A DNA stretch of 18,144 nucleotides from Thermoproteota archaeon (GTDB taxonomy: Archaea > Korarchaeota > Korarchaeia > Korarchaeales > Korarchaeaceae): positions 1 to 18,144 of the forward strand of contig JAOZFI010000022.1 of the NCBI GenBank assembly GCA_027491395.1, read 5' to 3'. Below, piece after piece: positions 16,162-18,144 of the stretch. The position numbers were made by a program, and so were the translations under genes. Each line of letters opens with the position of its first letter. Position 1 is the first letter of the stretch. The notes beneath the pieces are model-generated. The model worked only from the letters and a program-made list of their open reading frames with translations, ran no database searches and was not told where the DNA came from.

Positions 16162-16176
16162 TTATATACTAATTTA
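16162..16176 (+). promoter_or_regulatory. TATA box plus conserved downstream motif of the heat-shock regulator gene
   Basis: TTATATA starts 26 nt before the ATG at 16188 (probably leaderless) and is followed by CTAATTTA. Confidence 0.55.
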
Positions 16177-16187
16177 CTAGATGGGAA

Positions 16188-16703
16188 ATGAGAGCTGAGG
16201 ACATAATCGAGGCCTTATCAGGTGAGACTAGGAGGAAAATAGTGTCTATGCTAACGAGGAAGCCCCTAACCCTTAAGGAGATAGCCGATATGCTTGGTAT
16301 AACCCCACCTGCTGCCCTAAAACACATGAGGGAACTTGAATCCTTGGGTATAGTTGAATCTTACTCGATCAACATGGGGCCTGGGAGGCCTAGGAAGTAC
16401 TACAAGATATCACGTCCAATACGCCTAGTCGTGACTTTGACAGAAGACTCCCTCCAGATCAGGGCGCTGGAGATAGAGCCAACTTCAACCTCTCCATCTA
16501 AGGACATAAGGGAGAGATTCGACGAAATCAGATCAAGGCTGGAGAGTTTGAGTAGCCTTAACTCCTTTAGCGAAACAGTGACGAGGACATCTAATTTGAT
16601 ACAAGATATAGACACCCTGTTACTGGAGCTGGAGTCTGTTGAGTCTCATCTGCTTTGGATGAGGGAGGAGATCCTCCGGAATTTGAAGAGATTTTCACGC
16701 TAA
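16188..16703 (+). CDS. ArsR-like winged-helix transcriptional regulator, probable heat-shock repressor (HSR1/Phr-like)
   Basis: ALS.ETRRKI...L...P....EIA..LGITPPA..KH..ELE..GIV and GRPRKYY.I, with a C-terminal coiled coil. It lies directly upstream of hsp20 and cdc48, the same gene set as the Archaeoglobus HSR1 operon. Confidence 0.85.
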   Translation: MRAEDIIEALSGETRRKIVSMLTRKPLTLKEIADMLGITPPAALKHMRELESLGIVESYSINMGPGRPRKYYKISRPIRLVVTLTEDSLQIRALEIEPTSTSPSKDIRERFDEIRSRLESLSSLNSFSETVTRTSNLIQDIDTLLLELESVESHLLWMREEILRNLKRFSR

Positions 16704-16708
16704 ATTTG

Positions 16709-16730
16709 GAAAAGTTTTTATACTAACTTA
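16709..16730 (+). promoter_or_regulatory. BRE/TATA promoter of hsp20
   Basis: GAAAAG (BRE) + TTTTTATA (TATA) + CTAACTTA. SD GGGAGGT lies at 16745-16751 before the ATG at 16759. Confidence 0.65.
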
Positions 16731-16758
16731 ACCCCAAGGATAATGGGAGGTTGAGAGT

Positions 16759-17265
16759 ATGTGGTGGGACAGGTACTGGAGGAGGATTCTCGAGGACATG
16801 GAGAAGGACTTTGAGGAGCTCGAGAAGATGATCGACGAGATTTTCGCTGGCATGAAGGGCGAGGGTGAGATACGCGGTCCTTACGTATATGGATTCAGCA
16901 TAACTATAGGTCCCGATGGCAAACCCATAGTGAGAAGGTTCGGTAATGTCAAGCCTCCGATAGTAGAGGAGGCTGGATACAGGGAGCCCTTCGTCGACAT
17001 TGTCGTGGACGACAAGGCAAACGAGGTGAAAGTCATAGCGGAGATACCTGGAGTTACCAAGGACAAGATAGAAGTGGAGGCGACGGAGAAGATAGTCAAG
17101 ATCAAGGCGGAGAATGGCGATAGAAAGTACAGAACCCAAGTAGAGCTGCCGGTAGAGGTAGATCCGAAGACCGCTAAGGCTAGATATAACAATGGCATCT
17201 TGGAGATCACCCTAAAGCCTAAGGAGCCTATCAAGGAGGAGGGCACTAGGATAAAGGTAGAGTGA
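16759..17265 (+). CDS. hsp20: Archaeal small heat shock protein Hsp20 (alpha-crystallin domain)
   Basis: GPYVYGFSITIGPDGKP....FGN, REP.VD, AEIPGV.K..I, A.A.YNNGILEI.L and C-terminal IxI-type motif IKVE. Confidence 0.95.
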   Translation: MWWDRYWRRILEDMEKDFEELEKMIDEIFAGMKGEGEIRGPYVYGFSITIGPDGKPIVRRFGNVKPPIVEEAGYREPFVDIVVDDKANEVKVIAEIPGVTKDKIEVEATEKIVKIKAENGDRKYRTQVELPVEVDPKTAKARYNNGILEITLKPKEPIKEEGTRIKVE

Positions 17266-17307
17266 GCATCTAGTTTCCATCCTTATTTTATGAGAGGAGG
17301 TGATTCG

Positions 17308-18144
17308 ATGTCATCTGAGAGGAAGTACGTCACACTCCGCGTGGCGGAAGCACACTCTCAAGATGTGGGCAGAGGTATCGCTAGGCTGGATCCAGAGACC
17401 ATGTCAGAGTTAGGCATAGAGACGGGCGATGTGATCCTAATTGAAGGTACCAAGCTGACTGTCGCCCGGGCTTGGCCGTCTTATGCGGCCGATTATGGGA
17501 AGGGCATCATCAGAATTGATGGATACACGAGAAGGAACGCTGGTGTGGCCATAGATGATATCGTCAGGGTGAGAAAGGCCATAGCCAAGCCTGCTAAAAA
17601 GGTATTGCTGGCCCCGACAGAGCCCATGAGGTTACTGGGCGGGGAGGAGTACCTGAAGAGATTACTCGAAGGGAGGCCTCTCACTAGAGGAGACAGGATA
17701 CCGATCAACGTTCTGGGAACTAGGATAGAACTAGTGGTTGTGGGGATACAGCCTGTAGCCGATGCTGTGATAGTCGGTCCGGATACTGATATAGAGATAA
17801 GCGAGAAACCAGCCCCAGAGGAGAGGAAGATACCTAGAGTCACGTATGAGGACATAGGAGGCCTCAAGGACGCCATCCAGAAGATAAGGGAGATGGTGGA
17901 GTTACCTCTAAGACATCCCGAGCTCTTCCAAAAGCTTGGAATAGATCCACCCAAGGGCGTGCTGCTTTATGGACCACCGGGAACAGGTAAAACGTTGCTG
18001 GCAAAGGCAGTAGCTAACGAGAGCAACGCCCACTTCATAAGCATCTCGGGACCGGAGATAATGTCCAAGTACTACGGTGAGAGCGAGAAGAGGCTCAGGG
18101 AGATATTCGAGGAGGCTGAGAAGAACGCTCCCTCGATAATATTC
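17308..18144 (+). CDS. cdc48: CDC48/VCP (p97/VAT) AAA+ ATPase (3'-truncated by window edge; absent from the ORF track)
   Basis: SD GGAGGTGA at 17296-17303. My translation gives [28 protein letters not shown]...[12 protein letters not shown]...VTYEDIGGL...[46 protein letters not shown]...[32 protein letters not shown]. Confidence 0.97.
   Translation, partial: MSSERKYVTLRVAEAHSQDVGRGIARLDPETMSELGIETGDVILIEGTKLTVARAWPSYAADYGKGIIRIDGYTRRNAGVAIDDIVRVRKAIAKPAKKVLLAPTEPMRLLGGEEYLKRLLEGRPLTRGDRIPINVLGTRIELVVVGIQPVADAVIVGPDTDIEISEKPAPEERKIPRVTYEDIGGLKDAIQKIREMVELPLRHPELFQKLGIDPPKGVLLYGPPGTGKTLLAKAVANESNAHFISISGPEIMSKYYGESEKRLREIFEEAEKNAPSIIF

Noticed and set aside
1274-17954. Numerous 60-156 aa ORF-track entries overlapping the called genes (e.g. 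4508-4978+, 13466-13936+, 16723-17139-, 17493-17954-)
   Set aside because: They are antisense or off-frame shadows of well-supported genes, with no recognisable motifs. 17493-17954 is the antisense of cdc48.

Overview
Gene-dense archaeal core-genome window. The AGG/ATA-rich codon usage, GGAGGTGA ribosome-binding sites and TATA/BRE promoters suggest a thermophilic TACK-type archaeon, possibly Korarchaeota (inference only). In order it holds: the 3' part of argS; a tightly coupled minus-strand five-gene cluster (divergent ArsA/Get3-family ATPase, 60-aa membrane protein, Na+/solute symporter, FlK-type thioesterase, endonuclease III); a livKHMGF-type ABC transporter operon; a ManC-like nucleotidyltransferase with a degenerate cupin domain; a tandem (PhoU-TrkA_C)x2 protein; FixAB-like etfBA; an ECF S-component overlapping an uncharacterised PurM/AIR-synthase-superfamily gene; and a heat-shock cluster (HSR1/Phr-like regulator, hsp20, 5' part of cdc48). 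I recognised no mobile elements, CRISPR arrays or RNA genes. The best candidates for undescribed biology are the ArsA-like ATPase/small membrane protein/symporter/thioesterase module and the ECF-S plus PurM-like pair with its structured leader.
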